From Candidatus Spongiisociaceae bacterium (GTDB lineage: Bacteria > Actinomycetota > Acidimicrobiia > Spongiisociales > Spongiisociaceae), in NCBI GenBank assembly GCA_965262915.1, contig OZ253564.1, positions 1,344,001 through 1,408,000 of the forward strand: 64,000 nt of DNA, read 5' to 3'. The notes under the pieces are model-generated. The model saw only the letters and a list, made by a program, of their open reading frames with translations, was not told where the DNA came from and made no database searches. The translations under genes and the position numbers were made by a program. Within the stretch, counting starts at the first letter, position 1. Each line of letters begins with the position of its first letter. This document shows positions 17,346 through 27,993 of this stretch, piece after piece.

Positions 17346-19466
17346 CTACCGGCCACCTCCGGCAGGCGGACTCAATCGACGAGCCCATGCCTGGAGGAGC
17401 CGGTCGAGGATCATGGCCAGAAGCACGATCGCCAGCCCGGCCGCGAAGCCCGACCCCACCGAGTCGCTCCGTCGCAAGCCGCGCACCGTCTCCAAGCCCA
17501 GACCCCCGCCCCCGACCAAGCCGGCGATCACCACCATGGCCAGCACCAGCATCACCGTCTGGTTGATCCCGGCGATGATGGTCGGCATGGCGAGGGGCAG
17601 TTGGATCTTGCGCAGGATCTGGCTCTGGGTGGCGCCGAAGGCACGGGCGGCCTCTGTCGCCTCCGCCGAGACCCGGCGGATTCCAAGGCTGGTCAACCGG
17701 GTGGCGGCGGGGAGCGCGTACAGGACCGAGGCGATTATGCCCGGGATCCTCCCCACGTTGAAGAGAATGATCACGGGAACCAGGATCACGAAGCTGGGGA
17801 TGGTCTGGAGGAAGTCCAGCACCGGCTTGAGCATGCGCTCGAACCGGTTGCTACGGGACGAGAGCACGCCCAGTGGGATCCCGAGGACGATCGCCAGGAT
17901 CACCGCCACTATCACCTGTGCCAGAGTGTCCATCGACAGGGTCCACATACCCAGCAGCCCGAGACCCAGGGCGCATGCTCCGGCGAGCGTAGCCAAGCCG
18001 GGGCCGCCGAACCACCATCCTGCCAGTATGACGGCGATCACCACCACCGGCCACGCCAGGGTGGAGCTGAAGAACTCCCGCAGAGGCGTCACCGCATAGA
18101 TGGTCACGAAGTCGCTGAACGGTCCGGTTCCGATCCACGTCTCGCCGATCTGGTACAGGTTCTTGCCGACCCAGTCGACCAGGCTGTCCACCGGAGCGGC
18201 GAAGGAGAATGTGACAGCCGAAGGGAACTCCGCTCCCTCACGGGTGGTGCCGAACACCACGGCAGCGAGCAGGAGTATTCCCCCCACCACCCGGCGCGGG
18301 TGGCGTTGGAGAGCCGTCTCCTCTCCGGTGCGTCTCGTCGTTCTCGCATCGGCCACCAGCGGATAGGAGACCATCCGCCCGGCTGCGCGGATGATCCGAT
18401 CAGCGCCCTCCAGAACCTCTTCGATCCGCCGGATCCACTGATTACCGAAGTAGCGGTCGGGGAAGATGCGCAGCCGTCCCTTCCCGGATCCGAGTCCGGC
18501 CGCACCGTGCATGAGCCGGTCCATGATGATGGCCAGCACCACTATGGCCAGACCGGCTTCGAGGGCGCGTCCCACGAACAGCCTCCGAAGGGATTCGAGG
18601 ACCACCTGGCCGAGTCCCCCGGCACCGATCAGCGCGGCGATCACGACGATGCTGAGCGCCATCATGATCGTCTGGTTGATACCCGTGAGGATGGTCGGCA
18701 TGGCTTGGGGTAGCTGGACCTTGCGCAGGATCTGGCCCGGGGTAGCTCCGAACATCTCGGCCGCTTCCACCGTCGAGGATTCCACCGAGCGGATTCCCAA
18801 CGTCGTCAAACGGATCACGGGCGGGAGTGCGTAGATCACCGTGGCGATGATGGCCGGAACCCGGGCGATCCCGAACAGGAGCACCACCGGGATCAGATAG
18901 ACGAAGGCCGGAAGGGTCTGCATGGCGTCGAGTAGTGGCCTCAGAGCGCGCTCCACGCGCTCCCGCCGGGCCGCCCATATCGCCAAGGGGATACCGATGG
19001 CGACCGAGATGACGACTGCTACTCCCATCAGGGCAAGGGTCTGGACGCTCTCCTCCCAGAGCCCTACCGACCCGAAGTACATGACGCCCGCCGCGGTGAG
19101 GATCCCCCCCTTGAACCCGAGGATGGACGTGGCCACCATTCCTGTGGCCATCACGATGACGAACCACGGCAGCCAGAGGAGAGCGGCTTCGACCCACCGG
19201 AGGCTGTAGTCGATCGCGTCACTGATCGGATTGAGCACCACCAGGAAGAGCCCGTGGGTTGTCTGGTTGCTGATCACCCAGCGGCGCGCCTGGTTGATCC
19301 ACTCGGCCAGCGGGATTCTCCACTCCTCCGGGAAGGGGCCTACCGTGTTCAGCGAGAGTCCCAGCGTCACCAGAGCCGCCAAGGCCACCAGAAGGAGCCC
19401 GCCGGTCCTGATCCGGCGGCGGCGGTCGAGGTCGAGCCGGGTCTCGACCGCCGCCGCGATGCTCAT
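17346..19466 (-). CDS. proW: Glycine betaine/proline-type ABC permease with two fused permease domains
   Basis: Two repeats of LD.MQT.P.FV.L.PV...F, EAA..FGAT..QIL.K.QLP.A.PTI..GINQT. Confidence 0.85.
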   Translation of the reverse strand: MSIAAAVETRLDLDRRRRIRTGGLLLVALAALVTLGLSLNTVGPFPEEWRIPLAEWINQARRWVISNQTTHGLFLVVLNPISDAIDYSLRWVEAALLWLPWFVIVMATGMVATSILGFKGGILTAAGVMYFGSVGLWEESVQTLALMGVAVVISVAIGIPLAIWAARRERVERALRPLLDAMQTLPAFVYLIPVVLLFGIARVPAIIATVIYALPPVIRLTTLGIRSVESSTVEAAEMFGATPGQILRKVQLPQAMPTILTGINQTIMMALSIVVIAALIGAGGLGQVVLESLRRLFVGRALEAGLAIVVLAIIMDRLMHGAAGLGSGKGRLRIFPDRYFGNQWIRRIEEVLEGADRIIRAAGRMVSYPLVADARTTRRTGEETALQRHPRRVVGGILLLAAVVFGTTREGAEFPSAVTFSFAAPVDSLVDWVGKNLYQIGETWIGTGPFSDFVTIYAVTPLREFFSSTLAWPVVVIAVILAGWWFGGPGLATLAGACALGLGLLGMWTLSMDTLAQVIVAVILAIVLGIPLGVLSSRSNRFERMLKPVLDFLQTIPSFVILVPVIILFNVGRIPGIIASVLYALPAATRLTSLGIRRVSAEATEAARAFGATQSQILRKIQLPLAMPTIIAGINQTVMLVLAMVVIAGLVGGGGLGLETVRGLRRSDSVGSGFAAGLAIVLLAMILDRLLQAWARRLSPPAGGGR

Positions 19467-20500
19467 CTGTCCCGACCGCCCACCAGGGCCGATACCGCTT
19501 TGCGGTCCACCTGCCCCATCAGTGTTCCGTGCTCATCCACGATCCCGATAGGTTCGGGTCCGGTCAGCAGCGAGGGCAGCACGTCTTCGAGGACGGTGTC
19601 GACGGGTACAGAGGTTCGGATCGTCTCGTTGCTCGACAGTGAGCGGAGCACGGTTCGCACTGTGACCACCTTGATCTTGGGAGCGTCCTTGGTGAACTCG
19701 CGCACGTAGTCGTCGGCGGGCGCCGACACGATCTCCTCGGGTGTTCCCAGCTGCATGAACACCCCGTCCTTCATGATGGCGATCCGGTCACCGAGCTTCA
19801 GTGCCTCTTGAAAGTCGTGGGTTATGAAAACCAGTGTCCGGTGCATCTCTGCCTGTAGGGAAAGCAACTCGTCCTGCATGTCTCGTCGGATGAGCGGGTC
19901 CAGGGCCGAGAAGGGCTCGTCGAAGAACAGGATCTCGGGTTCCACGCACAGCGCGCGGGCGAGGCCGACACGTTGTTGCATGCCACCGGACAGCTGCTGT
20001 GGATAATGGTCGCTCCACGCCTCGAGTCCTACCGACCCCAGCACCTCGAAGGCCCTCTCGTACCGCTCGGCCTTCGGTACGCCCTGTACCTCGAGACCGA
20101 ACGCCACGTTGTCGAGCACGCGCCGATGGGGGAACAGGCCGAAGTGCTGAAACACCATCGACATCCTGCGTCTGCGGAGTTCACGCAGGTCGTCGTCGTC
20201 GAGGTCACCGATCACCACTCCGTCTATGCGCACCTCTCCGTCCGTCGGTTCGACCAGGCGCGACAAGCACCGGATCAGGGTCGACTTGCCCGATCCCGAG
20301 AGGCCCATGACGACGAAGGTCTCCCCCCTACGGACGCTGAAGGATACGTCTCGGACGGCTACGACACATCCGGTCTCGTCGAGGATCTCCTGGCTGGTTC
20401 CGCCCACGTCCGCGAGCGACCGGGCCCGGCCCCGATCGTCACCGAATATCTTCCAGACGCCCCCGCACTCGATGGGTGGATTGTCTCTACGTGCTGTCAA
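19463..20500 (-). CDS. proV: Glycine betaine/proline ABC transporter ATPase
   Basis: VWKIFG, MGLSGSGKST, LSGGMQQRVGLARAL, DPLIRRDMQDEL. Confidence 0.9.
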   Translation of the reverse strand: MTARRDNPPIECGGVWKIFGDDRGRARSLADVGGTSQEILDETGCVVAVRDVSFSVRRGETFVVMGLSGSGKSTLIRCLSRLVEPTDGEVRIDGVVIGDLDDDDLRELRRRRMSMVFQHFGLFPHRRVLDNVAFGLEVQGVPKAERYERAFEVLGSVGLEAWSDHYPQQLSGGMQQRVGLARALCVEPEILFFDEPFSALDPLIRRDMQDELLSLQAEMHRTLVFITHDFQEALKLGDRIAIMKDGVFMQLGTPEEIVSAPADDYVREFTKDAPKIKVVTVRTVLRSLSSNETIRTSVPVDTVLEDVLPSLLTGPEPIGIVDEHGTLMGQVDRKAVSALVGGRDR

Positions 20501-20693
20501 GTCCGCGCCGATCCTGCCTCGCTGCCGGTAAGGCCAGAATAATCAGTTAGGACCGTAACAATCAGGTACGACCACATGAGAGTACGGCTCCACGGGACTA
20601 GACGGAGACTACCGATTACGATGAGGTCGACGCTGATGCCTCCCCGGCATTCCGCGCCACTACCGAAGAGAAGGCTCTTCAGGGAGGAAGACG

Positions 20694-21638
20694 ATGATAA
20701 GAAGGATTACCCCACCTTTGGTGGCGGTGGCACTGATTCTGGCTGCGTGTGCGGGTGATTCCGCTCAAGGTGATCTTGAAACAGTACGGCTCGCGGTTAA
20801 CCCGTGGACCGGTTCTGCCGTCAATGTCGAGGTGGCGAAACAACTACTCGAAGGTGAGTTGGGTTACACGGTGGAAACCGTAGACATCGATGAGAATGCT
20901 CAGTGGACCGCCCTCAACACCGGGGATCTCCATGCTTCCCTGGAGGTCTGGCCGTCAGGTCATGGTGGCAACATCGCGGACTACATAGACAACCCGGACG
21001 GGAACGTGGCCGGTATCGGTCTCTTGGGTCCGGTGGGGAAGATCGGATGGTTCACCCCTACTTTCGTGGTTGACCAGTATCCGGCCGCGGCGACCTGGGA
21101 GGGATTCCTTGATCCGGCGCTGGCCGGAATGTTCGCCAGCGCCGAGACGGGGGACAAGGGTCAGTTCCTGGGTGGTGATCCGAGTTGGGTTCAGTACGAC
21201 GACGACATCATCGCCAACCTGGGTTTGAACCTCGAGGTGGTGTGGGCCGGATCCGAGGAGGCGATCCTGGCGGCGATCGATGCTTCGGTGTCCCGAGGGG
21301 AGCCGGTCCTCGTGTACTTCTGGACTCCGCACTCGGCGTTCAATGCCTACGACCTGACCGAGGTCCAGCTGCCGGAGTACTCGGATGGGTGCTACGCGAC
21401 GGCGGATGCCGATGGGGTGGACTGCGCGTACCCGGCCGACGACCTGTTGAAAATCGCTTGGGAGGGGCTGGAGGAGGCTGCGCCCAACGCGTGGGCATTG
21501 CTCAGCAACATGAGCTACACCACTGCCGATCAGATCTCCATGCTGGCCGCGGTGGAGTCCGATGGTAAGAGCTTCGAGCAGGCGGCTTCGGAGTGGATCG
21601 CTGCCAACGAAGCGACCTGGAGTGCCTGGTTGCCATAG
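20694..21638 (+). CDS. proX: Glycine betaine-type ABC substrate-binding lipoprotein
   Basis: Lipobox LAAC, NPWTGS, LEVWP, YFWTPH, A..WI..N...W..WL. Confidence 0.82.
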   Translation: MIRRITPPLVAVALILAACAGDSAQGDLETVRLAVNPWTGSAVNVEVAKQLLEGELGYTVETVDIDENAQWTALNTGDLHASLEVWPSGHGGNIADYIDNPDGNVAGIGLLGPVGKIGWFTPTFVVDQYPAAATWEGFLDPALAGMFASAETGDKGQFLGGDPSWVQYDDDIIANLGLNLEVVWAGSEEAILAAIDASVSRGEPVLVYFWTPHSAFNAYDLTEVQLPEYSDGCYATADADGVDCAYPADDLLKIAWEGLEEAAPNAWALLSNMSYTTADQISMLAAVESDGKSFEQAASEWIAANEATWSAWLP

Positions 21639-21667
21639 GCCGACGGTTCAGTCACATACGTACTGGA

Positions 21668-21694
21668 AGGGCCGGGTGCGATGCACCCGGCCCT
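21668..21694. terminator. Hairpin between convergent genes
   Basis: AGGGCCGGGTGC-GAT-GCACCCGGCCCT. Confidence 0.7.
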
Positions 21695-21721
21695 CTCCTT
21701 GATCGGCTACAAATGCTTCTC

Positions 21722-22567
21722 CTAGCTTGATCCAACCTCCACGGGCACGCCGACCAGCGACCCGTATTCGGTCCAGGAGCCGTCGTAGTTCTTGACCCCT
21801 TGGTAGCCGAGAAGTTGGGTGAGCACGAACCATGTGTGGGCGGATCGCTCTCCGATACGGCAGTAGGCGATCACATCCGCACCCGGCGCTACGCCTTCGC
21901 CGTGGTAGAGCGCCTCCAGTTCGTCCCGGGACCTGAAGCTCCCGTCCTCCTGAGCAGCCTTTATCCATGGAATGTTGCGGGCCCCCGGCACGTGTCCCCC
22001 CACGTAGGGCTGTTCCTGCGGAAGATGGTCCGGCGCCAGCTTCTCGCCTGTGAACTCCTCCGGGGATCGAACGTCGACGTATGTCGCATCTCCCAACCTT
22101 CCGAGCACCTCGTTACGAAAGGCGCGCAGCTCGGGGCGATCCTCGCTGTCGATCGTCAAGTCGGTGGGCTCGTAGGTGGGGACCTCGGTCGTCTTCGGGC
22201 GTGCCTCGATGTTCCACTTGAGGCGTCCGCCGTTCAGCAGCTTGGCGTTGTCGAAACCGCGATACCGGAGCAACCAGTACCCGTAGGCGGCGAACCAGTT
22301 GTTGTTTCCTCCGTAGAGGACGACGGTGGTGTCGCGGCCGACGCCTGCTCGGGCGAGCAGGGATCCAAGGCCGTCGCGGTCCAGGTAGTCACGCCGTACC
22401 GGATGCTGGAGATCGGTGGACCAATCCCAGGCGACCGCGCCGCGTATATGGCCCCTGCCGTATGCTGAGACATCCTCGTCCACCTCGATGATCCGGATGG
22501 TCGGGTTGTTGAGATTCGCCTCGAGCCAATCGGTCGAGACGAGTGCGTCGGGGTTGAAGTAACCCAT
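21722..22567 (-). CDS. Thiosulfate sulfurtransferase (tandem rhodanese, CysA/SseA-like)
   Basis: LVSTDWL, LYGGNNNWFAAY, YCRIGERS, NYDGSWTEYG; RBS AAGGAG. Confidence 0.95.
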   Translation of the reverse strand: MGYFNPDALVSTDWLEANLNNPTIRIIEVDEDVSAYGRGHIRGAVAWDWSTDLQHPVRRDYLDRDGLGSLLARAGVGRDTTVVLYGGNNNWFAAYGYWLLRYRGFDNAKLLNGGRLKWNIEARPKTTEVPTYEPTDLTIDSEDRPELRAFRNEVLGRLGDATYVDVRSPEEFTGEKLAPDHLPQEQPYVGGHVPGARNIPWIKAAQEDGSFRSRDELEALYHGEGVAPGADVIAYCRIGERSAHTWFVLTQLLGYQGVKNYDGSWTEYGSLVGVPVEVGSS

Positions 22568-22869
22568 GTGTCTGCTCCTTCTGATCTTGAGAACCTGATC
22601 CGGGAGAGACGCTGTTGGCTCTGAAGCTCTCGGTCGGGGGCGTCTCAGGGGCGAGGACGGCGGTCTGCGCCCGGTTTCTCCAACCGAGAGCGTGTACACG
22701 TAGCCCGACACGAAGAAGGCATGACGAGGTGCGCGTCCGCGACGCCACCAGGGGCGTGACCCCGGTGCACGACTATCGACGAAACCAACCCTGCGCTCCT
22801 CGTCTCTGCTGATCGGAGCGGTCGCCGACCGGTTGGCAGTACCCGACGAGCGGGTTGCCCGGCCCGGCT

Positions 22870-22920
22870 CGCTCCGCGATCTGCCACGTTATGAGCGGTG
22901 CGGGTGGATTGTCAACAGAG
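22870..22920 (-). promoter_or_regulatory. Housekeeping-sigma-type promoter for the sulfurtransferase leader
   Basis: Minus strand TTGACA-N18-TAACGT (TANNNT). Confidence 0.5.
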
Positions 22921-22930
22921 CGGTGCGGTA

Positions 22931-23293
22931 TCAGGCGGTGGCGGGCTCCATCATCCCGAACTCGTTGCCGCCCGGTTCCCGGATCCGGACCCAGCGTCCC
23001 ACTCCGGGGATCTCCATGATGTCGGCGGTGCGGATGCCTCCGGCGTTCTCGCAGATCGCGATGGCTCCTTCGAGGTCGGCCACCTCAACCGTGTTCATCG
23101 TGTGCGGCTCCTCACCCTCCTGGGCCGGACCGATGGCTCCGTTGATGCCCGGCTCCTCTTCTCCCGTGGTGGCCAGCCAGTAGTGGAACTCCCCCCAGCG
23201 GTTGAAGCTCCAGCCGAGGGCTTCCTCGAAGAACGCCACCGATGCGGCCGGATCGGACGAGTAGAACTCGAAGTGGATGGGGCGGGCTCCCAT
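22931..23293 (-). CDS. VOC/glyoxalase family protein
   Basis: PIHFEF, FFEEALGW, PGINGAI, IPGVG...EPGGNEFGM. Confidence 0.9.
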   Translation of the reverse strand: MGARPIHFEFYSSDPAASVAFFEEALGWSFNRWGEFHYWLATTGEEEPGINGAIGPAQEGEEPHTMNTVEVADLEGAIAICENAGGIRTADIMEIPGVGRWVRIREPGGNEFGMMEPATA

Positions 23294-23535
23294 GGACTTT
23301 CCCTCCGTCGGCCATGATTTTCCCGCTCCAGGCTATACGTGCCCGCGTTCATGTGGTATGTTGATACCCAATACAACAGCGCCGATTTGACGAAGTCAGC
23401 TTGCGGGCGCTCTACAAGACCAGCTAAAGCGATCGAGCGTGTATAGGCAATATGCAGCACGGGGCCGCCGAAGCCGGCGGCCCTTCATCGTGGGCCCTTG
23501 TCGAGCACCGGCATCCTGACGCAGCGGGAGGAGCC

Positions 23536-24561
23536 GTGCTCGTACCATACCCGGGAACCACCACCCTCTTCGCCCGACTCCTCGCGGAGATGCCCGTACT
23601 GGTCGCCGACGGAGGGTTGGGTACCTCCCTGTTCAGGTTGGGGATGGCGCCCGGCGCATGCCCTGAACTGCTGAACGTCGACTGTCCCGAACTGGTCATG
23701 GAGGCGCACGGGGGTTTCCTCGAGGCCGGGAGCGACATCGTTCTCACCAACACCTTCGGAGCCAACCGGCGCCGGCTCGCGTTGCATAGGCTCGAAGACC
23801 GGGTGGCGGAACTGAATCTGGCGGCGGTCGGGCTGGTAAGACGGCTGGCCGCTCGTTTCGACCGTCCCATCGTGGTGGCCGGTAGCGTGGGACCTACGGG
23901 AGACCTGCTGGCGCCGCTCGGAAACCTCGAGCACCGGACCGCGGTGGAAGTGTTCGCCGAGCAGATCGACGCCCTGGTAAGCAGCGGCGTCGATGTGATC
24001 TGGATCGAGACCCTGTCGAGTCGGGAAGAACTGGAGGCAGCCTACGAGGCGGCCCGGCCATCGGGGATTCCGGTCGTGGTCACGATGAGCTTCGATACCC
24101 ACGGGAAGACGATGATGGGCTTCGGACCTGACGACTTCGCTGCCTGGAGCCGGGACCAGACTGTGTTCCCCGCCGCAATAGGGGCCAACTGCGGGGTGGG
24201 TGCGGGCGATGTTGTGCTCGCTGTCCGGGAGATGGCCGAGGCGCGCCCGGGAGCGGCGATCGTCGCCAAGGCCAATTGCGGCTTGCCCGCCTACACCGAG
24301 GGCCATCTCGCCTATCCCCACGGGCCCGAGACGATGCCCGACTACGTGGAGTTGGCCCTCAGAGCCGGAGCGCGGTTGATCGGGGCATGCTGTGGGAGCG
24401 GCCCGCGTCACATAGCCGCCATAAGGGAGGCGGTCGACTGCCGGCGTTCCCCACGTCGGGTGACCCGCGAGGAGATCACCCGCCGCCTCTCGATGGTTCC
24501 GCGCCCGCAACCGCGTACCTCCCGATCCCGCTCTCGCCGATCGCGCCGGAGGCGCGCCTGA
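23536..24561 (+). CDS. Homocysteine S-methyltransferase domain protein (Bmt-like betaine-homocysteine methyltransferase)
   Basis: ADGGLGTSL, LTNTFGAN, GSVGPTG, GANCGVG, GACCG; GTG start after GGGAGGAG. Confidence 0.88.
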   Translation: MLVPYPGTTTLFARLLAEMPVLVADGGLGTSLFRLGMAPGACPELLNVDCPELVMEAHGGFLEAGSDIVLTNTFGANRRRLALHRLEDRVAELNLAAVGLVRRLAARFDRPIVVAGSVGPTGDLLAPLGNLEHRTAVEVFAEQIDALVSSGVDVIWIETLSSREELEAAYEAARPSGIPVVVTMSFDTHGKTMMGFGPDDFAAWSRDQTVFPAAIGANCGVGAGDVVLAVREMAEARPGAAIVAKANCGLPAYTEGHLAYPHGPETMPDYVELALRAGARLIGACCGSGPRHIAAIREAVDCRRSPRRVTREEITRRLSMVPRPQPRTSRSRSRRSRRRRA

Positions 24562-24633
24562 CACATGGGTCCTCCGATGCCCGAGTGTTGCACAGCCGGC
24601 TACCGGCTTTTCCTGCCGGCTACCGGCAACCGT

Positions 24634-25290
24634 TCACCGGTCGGCGAGTCGGGTAAGGCTGAATCCGTCGCCGATCGGGACGAGGACCGTCTCGGTGCGG
24701 GGGTCGGCTTGCAGATGGCGGGCGAAGGCGGTCAGCGCCTCGGCGTCCGGGTCCGGTTCCGGATCGACGACGCGGCCGTTCAGGAACAGATTGTCGGCGA
24801 TGAGGACCCCGGTGGGAGTAAGGCGTCGGACCAGTTCCTCGTAGTAGAGGGTGTAGTTCCCCTTGTCGGCGTCGACGAACCCCAGATCCACCGACCTGGT
24901 CTCCGGGAGCGCCCGCAGCGTTTCTATCGCCGGGGCGATACGGAGGTCGATACGGTCCGCCACCCCTGCTCTCTTCCAGTAACGGCGGGCAACCGAGGTG
25001 AACTCATCGCTGATATCGCAGCAAAGGAGCCGGCCGCCCTCCGGAAGGGCGCGGGCCATGGCAAGGCCGGACAGTCCGGTGAAGGTGCCGACCTCCACGA
25101 CGAATCGGGCCCGGACCAGCCGCACCATGAATTCGAGAAAGGCTGCCTGCTCGATGCCCACCTGCATGGTCCGGATCCGTCCCATGGCGGCCGTCTCGCT
25201 CACCAACTCGTCGATCAAGGGGTCGGTAGGGGGGTTGTGGGCGATCATGTAGTCGTAGATCGCCTGTGGTAGGTGTGGGTTCTGGCTCAT
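24634..25290 (-). CDS. O-methyltransferase (caffeoyl-CoA OMT-like, family 3)
   Basis: VEVGTFTGLS, FVDADKGNY, ADN, PIGDG. Confidence 0.92.
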   Translation of the reverse strand: MSQNPHLPQAIYDYMIAHNPPTDPLIDELVSETAAMGRIRTMQVGIEQAAFLEFMVRLVRARFVVEVGTFTGLSGLAMARALPEGGRLLCCDISDEFTSVARRYWKRAGVADRIDLRIAPAIETLRALPETRSVDLGFVDADKGNYTLYYEELVRRLTPTGVLIADNLFLNGRVVDPEPDPDAEALTAFARHLQADPRTETVLVPIGDGFSLTRLADR

Positions 25291-25304
25291 GCTGCGAAAC
25301 CTAG

Positions 25305-25349
25305 CGGTCTGTCTGTGAAATGGCGTCAAGTTGTCTTGCAGGCAGACCA
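25305..25349. mobile_element. 45-bp CTAG-flanked mini inverted-repeat element
   Basis: CTAG-CGGTCTGTCTGTGAA...TTGCAGGCAGACCA-CTAG. Confidence 0.55.
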
Positions 25350-25353
25350 CTAG

Positions 25354-25600
25354 CCTCAATTATTAGCGGTGATTGGTGGCGGGGGTGAGTGTTTGACGCG
25401 GGGGTGCCCTTCTGACGTACGATTATGGGTGGTGAAAAGCAGTTCCATGATCGTGTCAGGAGGGCACCCGCATAGTGAAAGGTAGCGGTACGGTGAACCG
25501 TACCGGGTCAACCTCAACCACCCCCCGCACCTCCACACACCCCAAACACCAACTCTCAAGCCTCTCCAACCCATGAAGATGCTCCTATGAAGATGCTCCT
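25354..25600 (+). mobile_element. Internally deleted IS1380 derivative
   Basis: About 140 bp aligns with the IS1380 left end (TGCCCTTCTGAC, GATTATGGG, CAGGAGGGCACCCG), then a C/A-rich tail; begins after CTAG 25350-25353. Confidence 0.75.
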
Positions 25601-25745
25601 ATGGTTGTCAAATCGACGGTGGGGCCGCCTCGTGGGTGTGGAGCCACCTCTGGTAGCGGGTGGCGCGTTGGTGGTTGTGGTCGCGGCCGAGCTCGAGTGC
25701 GGAGATGCGGCCGGGATCCGGTCTCGGTGTTAGGAGAGTGGCCTC

Positions 25746-27993
25746 ATGATCGGGTTGTTGACCCGCTTCAGTACGCGAAAGCCGCTGGTAACAATCGGCG
25801 CGTGGGCGTTGCTGGTGCTGGTTTCGCTCGGTCTCATTGACCGTCTGCTGGATAGTGCGCTCACTACCGACTTCCGGCTGTCCGGTCGTTACGAATCCGA
25901 ACAGGCATCGGCCCTGCTGGAGGACAGGCTGCGAGGGCCCAAGCAGCTGACCGAGGTGGTCGTCGTTCAGTCGCCGTCCCTGACCGTTGACGACCCGGCG
26001 TTCCGGACGAAGGTCGAATCGATCCATCATGAGATCATGGCGCTGGGGTCTGAGACGGTGGGGACGGGAGTGCATTACTACCTGACCAACGATCCGCTCC
26101 TGGTATCCGTCAGCCGCCGGACCACCATCATGCTCTTCGTCTTGACCGGCACCGTGAAGGAGGCCACCGCAAACGTAGAGGATGTGGTCCACATCGTGGC
26201 GGAAGCGGACGGGGTCGACGACTTCCGGGTGCTAATCGGAGGAGACGCGAGCGTCGCTTTGGAGAACAACGAGCTGGCGACCGAAGATCTGGAGAAGGGG
26301 GAACGGTTCGGCGTTCCGGTGGCGGTGATCATTCTGCTGGTGCTCCTGGGCGCTGTCGTCGCTACCCTGCTGCCGCTGGGCTTGGCGGTGGTCTCCATAG
26401 TGCTCGCGATGGCCGCGGTGGCGGTCATCGGCCAGCAGTTCGAGTTGATCTTCTTCGTCACGATGATGGTCGTCATGATCGGTTTGGCGGTGGGCATCGA
26501 CTATTCGCTCCTGATCGTGTCCCGTTTCAAGGAGGAGATGGGGCGCGGCTTGGCGCCGGGAGACGCGGTGGAGAGGGCAGCCGCCACGGCAGGTCGAACG
26601 GTGGTCTTCAGCGGCGCAACCGTCGTGCTGGCCCTCGTCGGTCTGCTGATCACTCCCGCGTCTTTCTACCAGTCGCTTGCTCTGGGGGCCATCCTGGTGG
26701 TGATCTTCGCATTGGCGGCGACCCTCACGCTGCTTCCTGCCACTCTCGCTCTGCTCGGTCGGAAGGTGGACTTCCTGTCCATTCCGTTCCTCGCCAGGTT
26801 CTCCTTGAAGAGTCCCGATGTCTCCCGGCAGGGGTTCTGGGATGTCACCACGCGGTCGTGATGCGGCGCCCGGTCGTCAGCATCCTGCTCGTCGGTGTTC
26901 CGATGCTCGGCCTGTCGTCTTCTATCTGGACATCCGGACGGGACTCAACGACGTCAACACGTTCCCGGAAGGCGCGCAGACCAAGGAGACCTTCCTCCTC
27001 CTCGAAGAGGAGTTCTCCGTCGGAACCGTCAGCCCTGCCGGAGTCCTCAGCCCGGCGGAGATAGTCATCGACGGGGACATCGGTGATCCCCGGGTGGAGG
27101 CGGCGATCGGGCGTCTCGAGAAATCTCTCTTGGACGATCCCGGCTTTCCCGTCCCGCCCACCCGGGTGGTCAATCCCGCCGGAGACCTGGCCCTGGTGAC
27201 GCTCCCGTTCCCCGGAAAGCCGAACAGCCCGGAGGCGGCCGTCCAGATGTCCTCTCTCCGCGACCAACACATTGCCGTCGCTTTCGAAGGGGTACCGGCG
27301 GAGGTCTATGTGGGCGGCGTGACCGCGGAGGTCGCCGACTTCTACGGCATAGTCAGGGTGTACACCCCGATCGTCTTCGCCCTGGTGCTCGGCCTCAGCT
27401 TCATCATCCTGATGATGGTCTTCCGGTCGATTGTCATTCCGCTGAAAGCTATCATCATGAACCTCCTCTCCGTCGGGGCCACATACGGGCTGCTTGTGCT
27501 GGTGTTCCAGAAGGGGGTCGGCACTGACCTGTTCGGGTTCCAGCGAGCGGATGTCATCGACGCCTGGATACCCCTGTTCCTGTTCGCCGTCCTGTTCGGG
27601 CTATCCATGGACTACCACGTCTTCCTGCTCAGCCGGATACGTGAGCGCTACGACGAGAGCGGCGACAACACGGAGGCGGTGGCCTACGGGCTGCGTTCGA
27701 CCGCCGGGATCATCACCGGCGCAGCCCTCATCATGGTCGTGGTGTTCGGCGCGTTCGCGACAGGGCGGACCATCGTCAACCAGCTCGTGGGCTTCGGTCT
27801 CGCCGTAGCCGTGCTTCTGGACGCCACGCTGGTGCGGTCGGTTCTGGTCCCGGCCAGCATGGAGGTGCTGGGCAAGGCAAACTGGTATCTGCCTCCCTTC
27901 CTGAGTTGGCTTCCCGACCTGCGCATCGAGCCACCAGAAGAACATGCGGCCGTCGAGTTGGAGGGTACGAATCCGGAGAGTTACGGTCGATGA
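25746..27993 (+). pseudogene. MMPL/RND family transporter with two frameshifts (about 26855 and 26915)
   Basis: GLAVGIDYSL, TAGRTVVFSG, VMRRPVV (middle frame), FGLSMDYHVFLLSRIRE, LDATLVRSVLVPA. Sequencing error cannot be excluded. Confidence 0.8.

Noticed and set aside
22800-22890. Canonical SAM-I or SAM-IV riboswitch
   Set aside because: GGCAACC is present but the AUCxAGAG/UCAxGAG core is missing, so it is kept only as an unclassified leader.
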